From the NCBI GenBank assembly GCA_028875575.1, contig JAPPDF010000052.1, positions 2,554 through 66,553 on the forward strand: 64,000 bases of DNA, written 5' to 3'. This document shows positions 29,242 to 38,730 of this stretch, piece by piece. The position numbers and the translations under genes were made by a program. This DNA is from Acidobacteriota bacterium. Lineage in GTDB: Bacteria > Acidobacteriota > Terriglobia > Versatilivoradales > Versatilivoraceae. Below the pieces are notes generated by a model that saw only the letters and a program-made list of their open reading frames with translations, had not been told where the DNA came from and did no database searches. The stretch's first letter is position 1. Each line of letters starts with the position of its first letter.

Positions 29242-29961
29242 TCAAAGGTTCTCTCCCAGCAGGTCGGCCAGATGGAGCGGCTTGATCGGAAGGTTCTGAC
29301 GACTCAGGTAGCCTCCGATCTGCATCAGGCAACTGGAGTCGTTGGCCACTACATATTCCGCTTCCGTCTTGAGGATGGCTTCGCTCTTGTCCTGCGTCAT
29401 GGCGGTGGATATTTCGGGGAACTTGACTGAAAAGGTGCCACCGAATCCGCAACAGGCGTCGCTGTTTTCCATCTCCACCAGTTCGATCCCGCGGACGTGT
29501 CGGATCAGCTCTCGGGGGGCACGGTGCACCCCCAGCTCCCGGAACAGGTGGCAGGCGTCGTGGTAGGTGACACGATGGGGAAAGGTGGCCCCCAAATCCT
29601 TGATTCCCATAACGTTGACCAAAAAATCGGAGAATTCTCGGGTTCTGCGGGTGACCTCCTGGAGTTGCTGGCGCAGGCCGGGATCCGGGAGTATCTCCGG
29701 GTAGAACACCTTCACCATGCTGGTGCAGGAGCCGGAGGGAGAGACAATGGTTTCGGCTTCTCCGAAGACCTCCAGGAAACGCCGAGCCAGCTGGGTAGCC
29801 TCCTCATGATATCCTGAGTTGAACGCCGGTTGACCGCAACAGGTCTGCTCCCGCGGGTAGTCGACCGACACTCCCACTTTGCGGAGGATCTTGACCAGGT
29901 TGATACCCACGCTGGGAAAGAACTGATCCACCAGGCAGGGGATGAACAGTGAAACGGTCAT
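29242..29961 (-). CDS. lutA: Lactate utilization protein A ((Fe-S) oxidoreductase with two CCG domains)
   Basis: Two cysteine-rich CCG motifs (CCGQPAF…, CCGFGGTF…). ATG 29961. Confidence 0.85.
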   Translation of the reverse strand: MTVSLFIPCLVDQFFPSVGINLVKILRKVGVSVDYPREQTCCGQPAFNSGYHEEATQLARRFLEVFGEAETIVSPSGSCTSMVKVFYPEILPDPGLRQQLQEVTRRTREFSDFLVNVMGIKDLGATFPHRVTYHDACHLFRELGVHRAPRELIRHVRGIELVEMENSDACCGFGGTFSVKFPEISTAMTQDKSEAILKTEAEYVVANDSSCLMQIGGYLSRQNLPIKPLHLADLLGENL

Positions 29962-30443
29962 GGAGCGTCCGAGGTGCGGGAACAACGCGCGGGGAAGCCA
30001 TTAATAGCACAATTGGGCAGCGTCCCCTATTCCTCTTTTTTCGGTTGTTTCAATAAAGTTCCACCGCCGCCCTGTGCTGCCGATCATGCGAGCGTGAAAC
30101 AAGAGCAGTCCATGGCCTGTCGGGAACAAGATTTTGAACATCGATGCACAGGATTTACAGGATAATCAGGACGTGGCGTTGCTGCAACAGAGACTGACTC
30201 CGGCGATGATCACCTGCGGCTATGCGGATGTTCAGGACTGCAAGCCAGCCGTCTCCGGATAAAATCCGGTGCATCCGGTGCATCGATGTAACTGGACCAT
30301 CTGCTCAGGCTCGATTTTGAACCGGTTGCCAGCCAACGGAGGTCGTGGTTTGAAACTCACGCGGGGGCGCGGGCTGGATTGCCGGGTCGCAACCCTGCCG
30401 ATGCGTCCGAGTCGTCACGCTTGGTGGCCCTTCGTGTCACTTC

Positions 30444-31208
30444 GTGGATTACTCTTTTTTGGGTTGTTGCAGGTATGAACTCACCGTGGTATCGATTAGA
30501 GACCGCATAGCTATTGTGACCGGCGGAACGCGGGGAATCGGTCAAGCCATCGCCCGCGCTTTGCTGGAGGCCGGCGCCCGTGTGGTAATCTGCGCCCGAG
30601 ACCGGGAGGCAGTGGCCGCCTGCGTCGAGCAGTTGCAACCACAGTGGGCCGGCAGGGTCAAGGGAACGGCCTGTGACGTTTCCCGCTACGACCAGGTCCG
30701 GTCCCTGGTGGACTTCACCCTGGAGGAGTTCGGAGGGCTGGACATACTGGTGAACAACGCGGGGGTGGGAGTGATGGGCGATATCGCCGAGATATCTCCC
30801 CGGCAGTGGCAAGAGGTCATCGGAACCAACCTCACCGGTGTTTTCCACTGCTGCCATGCGGCCGTTCCCATATTGAGAAGGCGAGGAGGCGGGTATATCC
30901 TCAACATCGGAAGCTTGGCGGGGACACAGGGTTTTGCGGGCGGCTCGGCCTACAATGCCTCCAAGTTCGGCCTCAATGGCTTCAGCGAAGCCATCATGCA
31001 GGATCTGCGCCACGACAATATCCGTGTCAGCGCCGTCCTTCCGGGAAGCGTCAATACCGGATTCCGCGGGCATCGGACCGGCAAGGAGGTCCGCTGGAAG
31101 CTGGCGCCGGAGGACGTGGCCCAGGTGGTGGTGGATCTGCTACGGCACGATCCCCGGTCCCTTCCCAGCCGGGTGGAACTGCGCCCCTCCCGGCCCCCCA
31201 GGAAATAG
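30444..31208 (+). CDS. SDR family NAD(P)-dependent oxidoreductase
   Basis: TGGTRGIGQAIA Rossmann motif and NAG, Y…K catalytic signature. Annotated GTG 30444 lies inside a conserved ACGAAG repeat; the true start is more likely GTG 30489 (MVSIRDRIAIVTGG). Confidence 0.8.
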   Translation: MDYSFLGCCRYELTVVSIRDRIAIVTGGTRGIGQAIARALLEAGARVVICARDREAVAACVEQLQPQWAGRVKGTACDVSRYDQVRSLVDFTLEEFGGLDILVNNAGVGVMGDIAEISPRQWQEVIGTNLTGVFHCCHAAVPILRRRGGGYILNIGSLAGTQGFAGGSAYNASKFGLNGFSEAIMQDLRHDNIRVSAVLPGSVNTGFRGHRTGKEVRWKLAPEDVAQVVVDLLRHDPRSLPSRVELRPSRPPRK

Positions 31209-31219
31209 AGAGAATTGCC

Positions 31220-31621
31220 ATGGCCTACTGGTTGTTGAAGACGGAACCTTCGGACTACGCCTATGCGGATCTGGAAGCAGACCAGGGGACCCTCTGGGAC
31301 GGGGTCAGCAACAACCTGGCTCTGAAGCACCTCAGACAGATCCGTCGTGGAGATCAGGCCCTGATATACCACACCGGCGGAGAGAGGGTGGTAGTCGGCA
31401 TCGCGGAGGTGACCAGCGATCCCTTTCCCGATCCTGAGCGGGACGATCCCCGGCTGGTGGTGGTGGAGGTGAAGCCCGGGCGCAAGCTGGCAAAACCGAT
31501 TCCACTTGCCGACATCAAGTCGGACCCGGAACTCAAGGATTTCGACCTGGTTCGGCTGCCGCGTCTTTCGGTCATGCCGGTAACCGAAGCTGTCTGGAAA
31601 CGCCTTTTGTCGGTTGGCTGA
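31220..31621 (+). CDS. EVE (PUA-like) domain protein
   Basis: MAYWLLKTEPSDY…LWDGV…YHTG pattern typical of standalone EVE domain proteins. 133 aa. Confidence 0.7.
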   Translation: MAYWLLKTEPSDYAYADLEADQGTLWDGVSNNLALKHLRQIRRGDQALIYHTGGERVVVGIAEVTSDPFPDPERDDPRLVVVEVKPGRKLAKPIPLADIKSDPELKDFDLVRLPRLSVMPVTEAVWKRLLSVG

Positions 31622-31632
31622 CCAATGGGGCA

Positions 31633-32502
31633 CTAGTAAAGAGTTCGGGCCAAGCGTCCCCTGAACTCCTCGGCCAGGTCGCTTCTTTCCCCAATCAGGC
31701 TGAAAACGGCCAGCATGGCCTTGCGGGCGGAGTCCTCCCGGTAATGCTTGTCCCGGGCGACCACGGCCAGAAACTCCTCCAGCGCTTCCCGATATTGTCC
31801 GGTCGCCGCCAGGCAGGAGGCCAGGGCCATGCGTGCGCCCAGGTCTTGCGGAGTGCTTTCCAGGATTTTCCTCAGAGAGGCCTGACCGCCCGCCTCCGCG
31901 CAATCCGCCTGGAATCCGATAACCTGTTCCAGCCGGTCGGCGGCTTCCTTTTCGTCGGCCAGAAACGGAATGGCCTTGAGATGGGATCGGGCCTGTTCCG
32001 GCAGGTGCTCCTCAATCAACAGCCTGGCCAGAGCCAGACGGGCCGGCGAGTGTTGTGGTTCGCGGTCGATGACCTGTTCCAGAAGACCTTTGGCCGCCTC
32101 TTTTCTCCCGGCCTCCAATGCAACTCGTGCCTCAGAAAAGAGCTTGTCGACCTCGGTGGGACAGTAGGGTTTGAGAAACCGGCGAATCTCGGCTTCAGGG
32201 ATGGCTCCCGCGAACTGGTCGACCGCTTTCCCCTCCAGGAAAAGGACGACTTGCGGGATGCTGCGGATCTGGAAGGCAAGGGCCAGGTCCGGACTTTCGT
32301 CGGTATTGATCTTGGCCAGCAGGAAGGCTCCAGCGTACTCTACTGCCAGTTTCTCCAGGACCGGACTCAAGCTGTGGCAGGGACCGCACCAGGGAGCCCA
32401 GAAGTCCACCAGCACCGGGGTGGTGCGGGATTTTTCGACCACTTCGGATTCAAACTGGTCCTGCTCGAGGTCAACGACAAATTTTGAAGTGGATGACGCC
32501 AT
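31633..32502 (-). CDS. Thioredoxin-domain cochaperone with TPR repeats (YbbN/CnoX-like)
   Basis: WCGPC thioredoxin active site followed by about 180 aa of TPR-like helical repeats. Confidence 0.8.
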   Translation of the reverse strand: MASSTSKFVVDLEQDQFESEVVEKSRTTPVLVDFWAPWCGPCHSLSPVLEKLAVEYAGAFLLAKINTDESPDLALAFQIRSIPQVVLFLEGKAVDQFAGAIPEAEIRRFLKPYCPTEVDKLFSEARVALEAGRKEAAKGLLEQVIDREPQHSPARLALARLLIEEHLPEQARSHLKAIPFLADEKEAADRLEQVIGFQADCAEAGGQASLRKILESTPQDLGARMALASCLAATGQYREALEEFLAVVARDKHYREDSARKAMLAVFSLIGERSDLAEEFRGRLARTLY

Positions 32503-32665
32503 TTCCAGTCCTCCCGTAAACCCATGTTACCAAACCCTGTCCTGCAACAAGAAACGGATCCACGAACACGATTGTACGACAAAGCTGTGAAGGGAGATCC
32601 GTGGATCAAGTGCCCCCCTACTGGGGCCAGACATTAACCGAAAGAAATTTCCACGCTCAGCAGCA

Positions 32666-32859
32666 TTGTGGGTTAGGGGAGAGCCGCGAAGCTGCGGTTG
32701 GAGTGGGTAGGCAAGGAAACGCTTACTACAAGCCATCCTTATAGAGCTGCGTAGCAGCGGCTCAGGGTAGCCCCGGGCGGCAGCCCGGGGTCGTATGGTT
32801 CTGCTCCAACCCCGCCGCGAAGGCGGCGAATCAAGAGCCGGGTCCCGCAACGCACAGCC
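32666..32859 (+). repeat. Intergenic repeat element R2, copy B (candidate structured ncRNA)
   Basis: Same orientation as copy A (10095-10289). Conserved blocks CAAGCCATCCTT(G/A)TAGAGCTGC and GTAGCCCCGG(A/G)CGGCAGCCCGGGGTCGT. Confidence 0.5.
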
Positions 32860-33110
32860 TCGCCAGAGCGCAGCCCGGGGTTTCCTGATCCCGCGCGCCG
32901 CCCTGGCCGCGTATGCGACGAATCAGGTTCGTCGTGCAGCACCGCAGTGCCCGTCCAATAAAGGCTAAGCATCCACCCATCCAATCGAGCGTTACAAGTG
33001 CCAAGGGGAGAGTTACATGTCGGCCAATTTTTGTTGGTGTCCGCCGTCGGTTGTCTTGGATCGGGAGCGGTGTTAGGATGGAGGGCGAAGCGGGCTAAAA
33101 GAGGTGACCG

Positions 33111-33809
33111 ATGCGCAAGGTGCTGTGGATGGCTTCATTGCTACCGGTTGTTGCCACAATGCACCATCCTGTGGCAGCCCAGGTCAACCTGTCCTTTGAC
33201 GGCAGGGTGGTGAACCTGACGGCGTCGAACGAGAGTTACGGAAGCATCCTGGACCTTCTGGGCCGGCACACGGGAATGGCGGTGGAGATTCCCGGCGAGT
33301 TGAAGTCCGTGCGGGTTCCCCTGCTGGAGATACGAGGGCTGGAAGTCAAGGCAACCGTTCTGAAGATCATGGAAGGGAGTGGTTTTGATTACTTTCTGTT
33401 GACTCGGACGGGTCGTCCCGACACCCTGTCCCGCTTGATCGTATCCGGCAAATCCAAGAAGATCGCGCCACCGGCCCGGCGCAGTCGACCGCCCTCCCGA
33501 TCTCCCCGCAGACCCTTTGTTGGCCGCAATGTGACACCTTTCAACCCACGGACGGGTTCAGGGGCAAGGACTGGCTCCAGGGCGCAGAAGATCAAGCCGG
33601 CGGTGCAGCCCAAGACCACGCCGACCGCCCAGCCCGCCACTGCCTTTCCGGTCGGCCAGCCCTACGGCCAAACCTTGAGCAGCCAACCTCCTGGTATCGG
33701 CCAACCCGCTGCAGCGCAGCCCCGGCAGGTGCGTTCCCCACGGGCCTCCGGGGGACAGACAACCGCGAATCCCAGCCGTCGTGCACCCAACCCATACCAG
33801 CGGAAATAG
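33111..33809 (+). CDS. Secreted hypothetical protein: N-terminal about 110-aa globular domain (STN/secretin-N-like pattern) plus Pro/Arg/Gln-rich low-complexity tail
   Basis: Signal peptide MRKVLWMASLLPVVATMHHPVAA. SD AGAGGTGA. The C-terminal half is compositionally biased. Domain assignment is tentative. Confidence 0.5.
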   Translation: MRKVLWMASLLPVVATMHHPVAAQVNLSFDGRVVNLTASNESYGSILDLLGRHTGMAVEIPGELKSVRVPLLEIRGLEVKATVLKIMEGSGFDYFLLTRTGRPDTLSRLIVSGKSKKIAPPARRSRPPSRSPRRPFVGRNVTPFNPRTGSGARTGSRAQKIKPAVQPKTTPTAQPATAFPVGQPYGQTLSSQPPGIGQPAAAQPRQVRSPRASGGQTTANPSRRAPNPYQRK

Positions 33810-33833
33810 CCCTTCAAGCGCAGTGCCGGGCTC

Positions 33834-34316
33834 ATGAAGTCTTCCAACACGCAGCGGACCGGAGAAAAGACAGTCAGCCTGAACAGGAAGGCCTTCCACC
33901 AGTACCACATCTCCGATGTTTTCGAAGCCGGCATGGCCTTGCGCGGCACCGAGGTCAAATCCATTCGAGCCGGTCGGGTCAACTTGAAAGAAGGGTACGG
34001 TGCGGTCAAAGGCGGGGAAGTGTGGCTGCTCAACTGTCATATCAGTCCCTATGAGCAGGGAAACCGCATGAACCACCATCCCCTGCGGCCGCGAAAGTTG
34101 TTGCTTCACCGCCGGGAGATTCGAAAACTGATTGGGCAGACCAGTGAGCGGGGCATGACCCTGGTGCCGCTTCGCATCTACTTCCACAAGGGCCGGGCCA
34201 AGTGTGAGATCGCGCTGGCCAAGGGGAAGAAGCTCTTCGACAAGCGGGAAAAGGAGAAACGCAAGGCCATGGAGCGGGAAGCCCGCCAGGCCATGAAACA
34301 GAAGGCGGTTGGTTGA
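33834..34316 (+). CDS. smpB: SsrA-binding protein SmpB
   Basis: SmpB family (…LRGTEVKS…LLNCHISPY…) with basic C-terminal tail. Confidence 0.95.
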   Translation: MKSSNTQRTGEKTVSLNRKAFHQYHISDVFEAGMALRGTEVKSIRAGRVNLKEGYGAVKGGEVWLLNCHISPYEQGNRMNHHPLRPRKLLLHRREIRKLIGQTSERGMTLVPLRIYFHKGRAKCEIALAKGKKLFDKREKEKRKAMEREARQAMKQKAVG

Positions 34317-35098
34317 GGGAAGGCAGTGCGAGGTCGACTGTGGGAAACAGCTTCGAGTTGAAGACCCGCCGGCTTTTCGCCGGCATCATCGGTCAGCGGG
34401 ACCGGTGGTTAGAGCGGCAGCGGTCTCCCGGGGCCGATGTGACGTTCGAGCGATTGACCGGAGACGTTTGGGCCAGACACAACTGCGCTCTGGACCAGCC
34501 CGGGGTGAGGGCCGGTCCTGTACCGGCCTCCTGGCAAAACGAGGGGCGGCGTCAACTGGAGCGCCACCTCAAGGCTTGCCGCTGGTTTCTGGAGAGAGTC
34601 CCACAATCCGCTGCGCCGACTCCTGCCGACCTGCGGCAGCTGCACTCCCGACTCATGGGACAGCCCGCGGATCGACTATCCGACTACCGGAATGCGCCGG
34701 CAGCGCCCCTGCTGGAAAGTCATGACCCTGCAGAGTGGGAACTGGTTCCACACCTGGTTGATACGGCCCTTCAGTGGTGCCGGGCGGATAGTTTCGGCGA
34801 GATGCACGAGGTGGAGCAGACTGCGTTGGTCCTGCTGAAGTTGACCGACATCCAACCCTTTGACCGCCACAACGGAAAGACACTGCGCCTGTTCTCGAAC
34901 TTCTTTCTGGTCAGATCGGGATATCCGCCCGCTGTGATTCGCTCCGAGCAGGCCGATCGGTATCTGATGGCGCTTCAGAAGGGTCTGTGCTACCAAACCG
35001 GTTCGTTGGTCGAGCTCTTGACCGAATCGGTGGCATTCAGCCTCGGCTACTGTCTGGGAGAACCTCCCAGCCCGCCACCTTTTGTGGTTCTGGACTGA
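34313..35098 (+). CDS. Fic-fold family protein with degenerate active-site motif
   Basis: Helix-motif region ALVLLKLTDIQPFDRHNGKTLRLFSNFFLVRSG aligns to the Fic core HPFx(D/E)GNGR, but reads QPFDRHNGK (catalytic His replaced by Gln). TTG start overlaps the smpB stop by 4 bp. Confidence 0.6.
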   Translation: MREGSARSTVGNSFELKTRRLFAGIIGQRDRWLERQRSPGADVTFERLTGDVWARHNCALDQPGVRAGPVPASWQNEGRRQLERHLKACRWFLERVPQSAAPTPADLRQLHSRLMGQPADRLSDYRNAPAAPLLESHDPAEWELVPHLVDTALQWCRADSFGEMHEVEQTALVLLKLTDIQPFDRHNGKTLRLFSNFFLVRSGYPPAVIRSEQADRYLMALQKGLCYQTGSLVELLTESVAFSLGYCLGEPPSPPPFVVLD

Positions 35099-35133
35099 AG
35101 ACATCCCGGGCCACCTCTGACCTGTTCTCTCCC

Positions 35134-35715
35134 ATGGAAGCCGTCAGAACCTTCATCTGCCTCCAACTTCCCGCGTTCGCCAGGGAACGGCTTGCGTCCA
35201 CCCAGCACCAGTTGCGGGAGAGTGGAGCGCAAGTCAGTTGGGTCAAGCCGCACAATATCCACCTGACCCTCAAGTTTCTGGGGTCGGTCCCGGCGGAACG
35301 CCTGCATGAGGTGGTGCGGGCAGTGCAACGGGCGGTGGTGCCGGCCCCGCCCATCCAGTTGGAATTGACCGTGTTGGGTTGTTTCCCCAACAGGCGTGCG
35401 CCCAGGGTTATCTGGGCGGGGCCGAAACAGCTGCCCGAAAAGCTGAGAAACCTGCAGCAGAGGGTTGAAAAGGAGCTGGTCGCAACAGGGTTTCCTGCTG
35501 AATCACGTCCCTTCTCTCCCCATTTCACCTTGGGTAGGGTCCGATCGGGCCGAAACATTGGGAAGCTGGTGGCGGCAATGCAAGCGGCGCGGCTGGAGCC
35601 GCTGCTGTTCGAAGCAGCCGAAGTCATAGTGATGGCCAGCCGGCTCCACCCCTCTGGTGCCCTTTACACCCCCGTCTCGCGCGTCCCCTGGAATTCCCCC
35701 GACCCCGGCCACTGA
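35134..35715 (+). CDS. thpR: RNA 2',3'-cyclic phosphodiesterase ThpR (LigT-like 2H phosphoesterase)
   Basis: Two H-x-T/S-x motifs (HLTLKFLG and HFTLGRV). ATG 35134. Confidence 0.8.
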   Translation: MEAVRTFICLQLPAFARERLASTQHQLRESGAQVSWVKPHNIHLTLKFLGSVPAERLHEVVRAVQRAVVPAPPIQLELTVLGCFPNRRAPRVIWAGPKQLPEKLRNLQQRVEKELVATGFPAESRPFSPHFTLGRVRSGRNIGKLVAAMQAARLEPLLFEAAEVIVMASRLHPSGALYTPVSRVPWNSPDPGH

Positions 35716-35729
35716 GCAGGTAGCTGCTA

Positions 35730-35974
35730 GCCCGCATTTCTCACCAGGGGGCATGATCATGGCGCAGGAATTTCCCCTTCAGCGCGTGCTCGCGACCGAA
35801 GAGCGTAGCGGTTTCTACGGTCGAGGGAGCCTGTGCGCGCTGAAGGGAAAAGGACAAGCCAGGGCATGCCCAGCGCCGTCTGTGATGCGCAAGCCCTTGA
35901 CATTGAGCCAATCAAGGTGCTGAAGATAATCTACTTCTTGTAATGCCTCCAGCGGCCTGGTGAGAAATGCGGGC
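35730..35974 (+). mobile_element. MITE-like element, copy 2
   Basis: About 85% identical to copy 1, same orientation, same terminal inverted repeats. Flanks TA…TC. Track ORFs 35657-35923 (+) and 35503-35760 (-) fall inside it and are rejected. Confidence 0.7.
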
Positions 35975-36053
35975 TCGTCCTGGCATCTGCAGCCAAGACG
36001 CCTGTACGGCCCACGAGAATTCCCTATCCGATCGGCAGTTGGACTGTCGAACT

Positions 36054-37571
36054 TCAACCCTTCCTTGAGAAATACTCCTCCATGGCCTCAATTAGCGAAG
36101 CCGTGGTGTACTTTTCAGGGACGAGGTCTACCTGTAACCCCAAGTCCCTGGCAGTGCCGGCGGTGATGGGTCCGATACAGGCTACGGCTGCGCCCTGCAG
36201 GCTCTCGGCCAGGGACTTGGGGCGGGTGAGGTCGGCCAGGTTGGCGACGGTAGAGGAGCTGGTGAAGACCACCATGTGGGGAGGAGCGTCATTGAGCACT
36301 TGCGCCCATCGGAACTGTGCATTTTCCGGGGGCCCGGTTCTATAGGCCTCGACCACCTCCACGCGGGCGCCCTGTCGCTGCAGTTCCCGGGGCAACACCT
36401 CGCGGGCGACCCGGGCCCTTGGAAGCAGCACCCGCATGCCCTTGACCACCTTGCCGCGCAGGCTCTCCACCAGGCCCTCGGCCTGGTAGTCGCTGGGAAG
36501 GGTGTCCACGGCCAACTTGAAGTCAAGAACAGCCCGGCGAGTTGCCGGCCCGATGGCTGCGATACGGACCCCCTTGAGCTGTCGAATGTCGGGATGGCGT
36601 CGAAAGTACCTATTGAAGAAGTATTTGACCCCGTTAACGCTGGTGAAGATGAGCCAATCGTATCGATCGATGGTTTCAAGGGCTCGATCCAGCTTTGCCC
36701 AGGAGTCCGGTTCACGCACCTCCACCGTGGGAAAGGAGATGGCCATGGCCCCCAGCAGCTCCAGGGCTCTGCGGAAGTCCCGGGACTGGTGGCGGGGGCG
36801 GGTGATCAGGATGCGCTTTCCGAACAGGGGACGGTTGTCGAACCATCGCAGCCGCTCCCTTAGCCTGACCACTTCGCCGACAACGATCAAGGTGGGGGGA
36901 GACATTGGCGCGACTTGCTCCAGGATGGACCCCAGTGTGGCGGTGACGACCTCTTGTGAGGGACGTGTCCCCCAGCGGATCAGAGCAATGGGCGTGGACG
37001 GGCTGCGACCGTGGCGGGTAAGCTGCTCCACCACCTGCCTCAAGCTCCTGGCCCCCATAAAAAAGACCAGGGTTTCGGCGGCCGAGGAAATTTTCTTCCA
37101 GTCCAGCGCAGAATCGTCGCGGGTCGGATCCTGCTGGGCTGCCACAAAAGCCACGGTCGGACCATAGTCCCGATGGGTCAGCGGAATTCCCGCGTAGGCC
37201 GGTGCAGCCGAGCCTGCCGAGACTCCGGGCACAACCTCGAAGGGAATACAGGCCCGAGCCAGAACTTCCGCCTCCTCGCCGCCGCGTCCGAAGATGAAGG
37301 GATCGCCTCCCTTGAGGCGGGCCACCGTTTTCCCTTGGCGGGCGCGCTCCAGCAGCAGGGAATTGATCTCCGCCTGGGCAATATGGTCCCGGCCTCCCTG
37401 CTTGCCCACGTAGACTCGTTCCGCCGAGCCGGGAGCGTACCGCAGCAGTTCCCGGTTCACCAGGTGGTCGTAGATCACGCAGTCGGCCGCCTCCAGACAG
37501 CGGCGTCCCTTCAAGGTGATGAGCTCGGGATCGCCCGGACCGGCCCCGATCAGATAGACGGCCGTCTTCAT
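36054..37571 (-). CDS. Bifunctional uroporphyrinogen-III C-methyltransferase / uroporphyrinogen-III synthase (CobA-HemD fusion)
   Basis: N-terminal SUMT domain (VYLIGAGPGDPELITLKG…) followed by a HemD domain. 505 aa. Confidence 0.9.
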   Translation of the reverse strand: MKTAVYLIGAGPGDPELITLKGRRCLEAADCVIYDHLVNRELLRYAPGSAERVYVGKQGGRDHIAQAEINSLLLERARQGKTVARLKGGDPFIFGRGGEEAEVLARACIPFEVVPGVSAGSAAPAYAGIPLTHRDYGPTVAFVAAQQDPTRDDSALDWKKISSAAETLVFFMGARSLRQVVEQLTRHGRSPSTPIALIRWGTRPSQEVVTATLGSILEQVAPMSPPTLIVVGEVVRLRERLRWFDNRPLFGKRILITRPRHQSRDFRRALELLGAMAISFPTVEVREPDSWAKLDRALETIDRYDWLIFTSVNGVKYFFNRYFRRHPDIRQLKGVRIAAIGPATRRAVLDFKLAVDTLPSDYQAEGLVESLRGKVVKGMRVLLPRARVAREVLPRELQRQGARVEVVEAYRTGPPENAQFRWAQVLNDAPPHMVVFTSSSTVANLADLTRPKSLAESLQGAAVACIGPITAGTARDLGLQVDLVPEKYTTASLIEAMEEYFSRKG

Positions 37572-37629
37572 GGACCCTGCCTCTCCCGTTTGGTCAGCAT
37601 GACACCGAGGATACCGGGGCTCACGTCGC

Positions 37630-38553
37630 TCACCCGGTCATTTGCAACAACTCGCCGGCGCCGCGGTCGAGGAGTCTGCGGGCGACCGAATGGCCCAACT
37701 CTGCAGATTCCTCCAGGGTTGCCTGGCCGACCTCCCGAATCAGGCGGCTTCCATCGGCAGCCCCAACCAGTCCGGTCAGTCGCAACTGCGCCTCGTGGAT
37801 GACGGCAAATCCGGCAATGGGCACCTGGCATCCCCCACCCAGACGGCTCAGCAGACTCCGTTCCGCCTCGGCAGCTTTTCTGGAGTCCCTGTCGTCGAGC
37901 CCCTGGATTCGGTCGAGGGTCAAACGGTCGTCGCAGCGAACCTCCACCGCCAGCGCGCCTTGTCCGATGGCCGGACAGATGGTGTCGACCGATAGCTTCT
38001 CGCGAATGCGATGATCCAGTCCCAGTCGAATCAGGCCGGCGCAGGCCAGAATAATGGCGTCGTAGTCTCCCTCATCCAGTTTGCGAAGGCGGGTATCCAG
38101 ATTCCCCCGCAGGTTCTTCACGTGCAGGTCCGGACGGAGGTGCAACAACTGGCATTGCCGTCTCAGGCTGCTGGTCCCGACGGTGGACCGAGGGGGAAGT
38201 TCCGCCAGGCAGCCAAACCGGTTGGAAAGGAAGGCGTCTCGTGCATCTTCTCTTGAAGTGATGGCACCCAGGCAGAGGCCATCGGGCAGGCGGGTTGGGA
38301 GGTCTTTGAGACTATGGACAGCCAGATCGATCTCCTCGCGAAGCAGGGCTTCTTCGATCTCCTTGGTGAAGATCCCTTTGCCCCCAATCTGGTGCAGCGG
38401 AGGTCCGCTGCGTCGATCCCCGGTAGTGAGAATGCGGCGGACGGTTATGGGTAGAAGGGGCTGTGTCCGGCTCAGCTGGTCCTTTACGAGGTCAGCCTGC
38501 CTGAGGGCCAGAGGGCTGCTTCGCGAGCCAATGACAAGAGGTTTATCGGCCAT
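37630..38553 (-). CDS. hemC: Hydroxymethylbilane synthase (porphobilinogen deaminase)
   Basis: HemC family (IGSRSSPLALRQA…). Confidence 0.95.
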   Translation of the reverse strand: MADKPLVIGSRSSPLALRQADLVKDQLSRTQPLLPITVRRILTTGDRRSGPPLHQIGGKGIFTKEIEEALLREEIDLAVHSLKDLPTRLPDGLCLGAITSREDARDAFLSNRFGCLAELPPRSTVGTSSLRRQCQLLHLRPDLHVKNLRGNLDTRLRKLDEGDYDAIILACAGLIRLGLDHRIREKLSVDTICPAIGQGALAVEVRCDDRLTLDRIQGLDDRDSRKAAEAERSLLSRLGGGCQVPIAGFAVIHEAQLRLTGLVGAADGSRLIREVGQATLEESAELGHSVARRLLDRGAGELLQMTG

Positions 38554-38730
38554 GATCGGTTTCCCATCCGGACGGCAACCGGTTTCCGGAAAGTACCGCG
38601 AGTAAAGAAGAGAGAAAAGACGGGCCGGGTGTGATCCCTTGCCTGAAACGACCCTGTTGCGCCACAGTGAGCCGCGGCGTCACAAAGGAAGGGGGCGGCC
38701 AGTCGAAAAGATTACCCAATCTCCCGCGGG

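Noticed and set aside
29986-30443. Small ORF 29974-30165 and tandem CCGGTGCAT repeat in the lutA-SDR intergenic region
   Set aside because: The ORF lacks an RBS and any recognisable features. The 9-bp tandem (two copies) is too short to interpret. Only the ACGAAG repeat at 30430-30455 is carried forward.
35657-35923. Small ORFs inside MITE copies (35657-35923 +, 35503-35760 -, 60997-61182 +)
   Set aside because: They lie within non-coding inverted-repeat elements, differ between copies by frame-breaking substitutions, and have no RBS.
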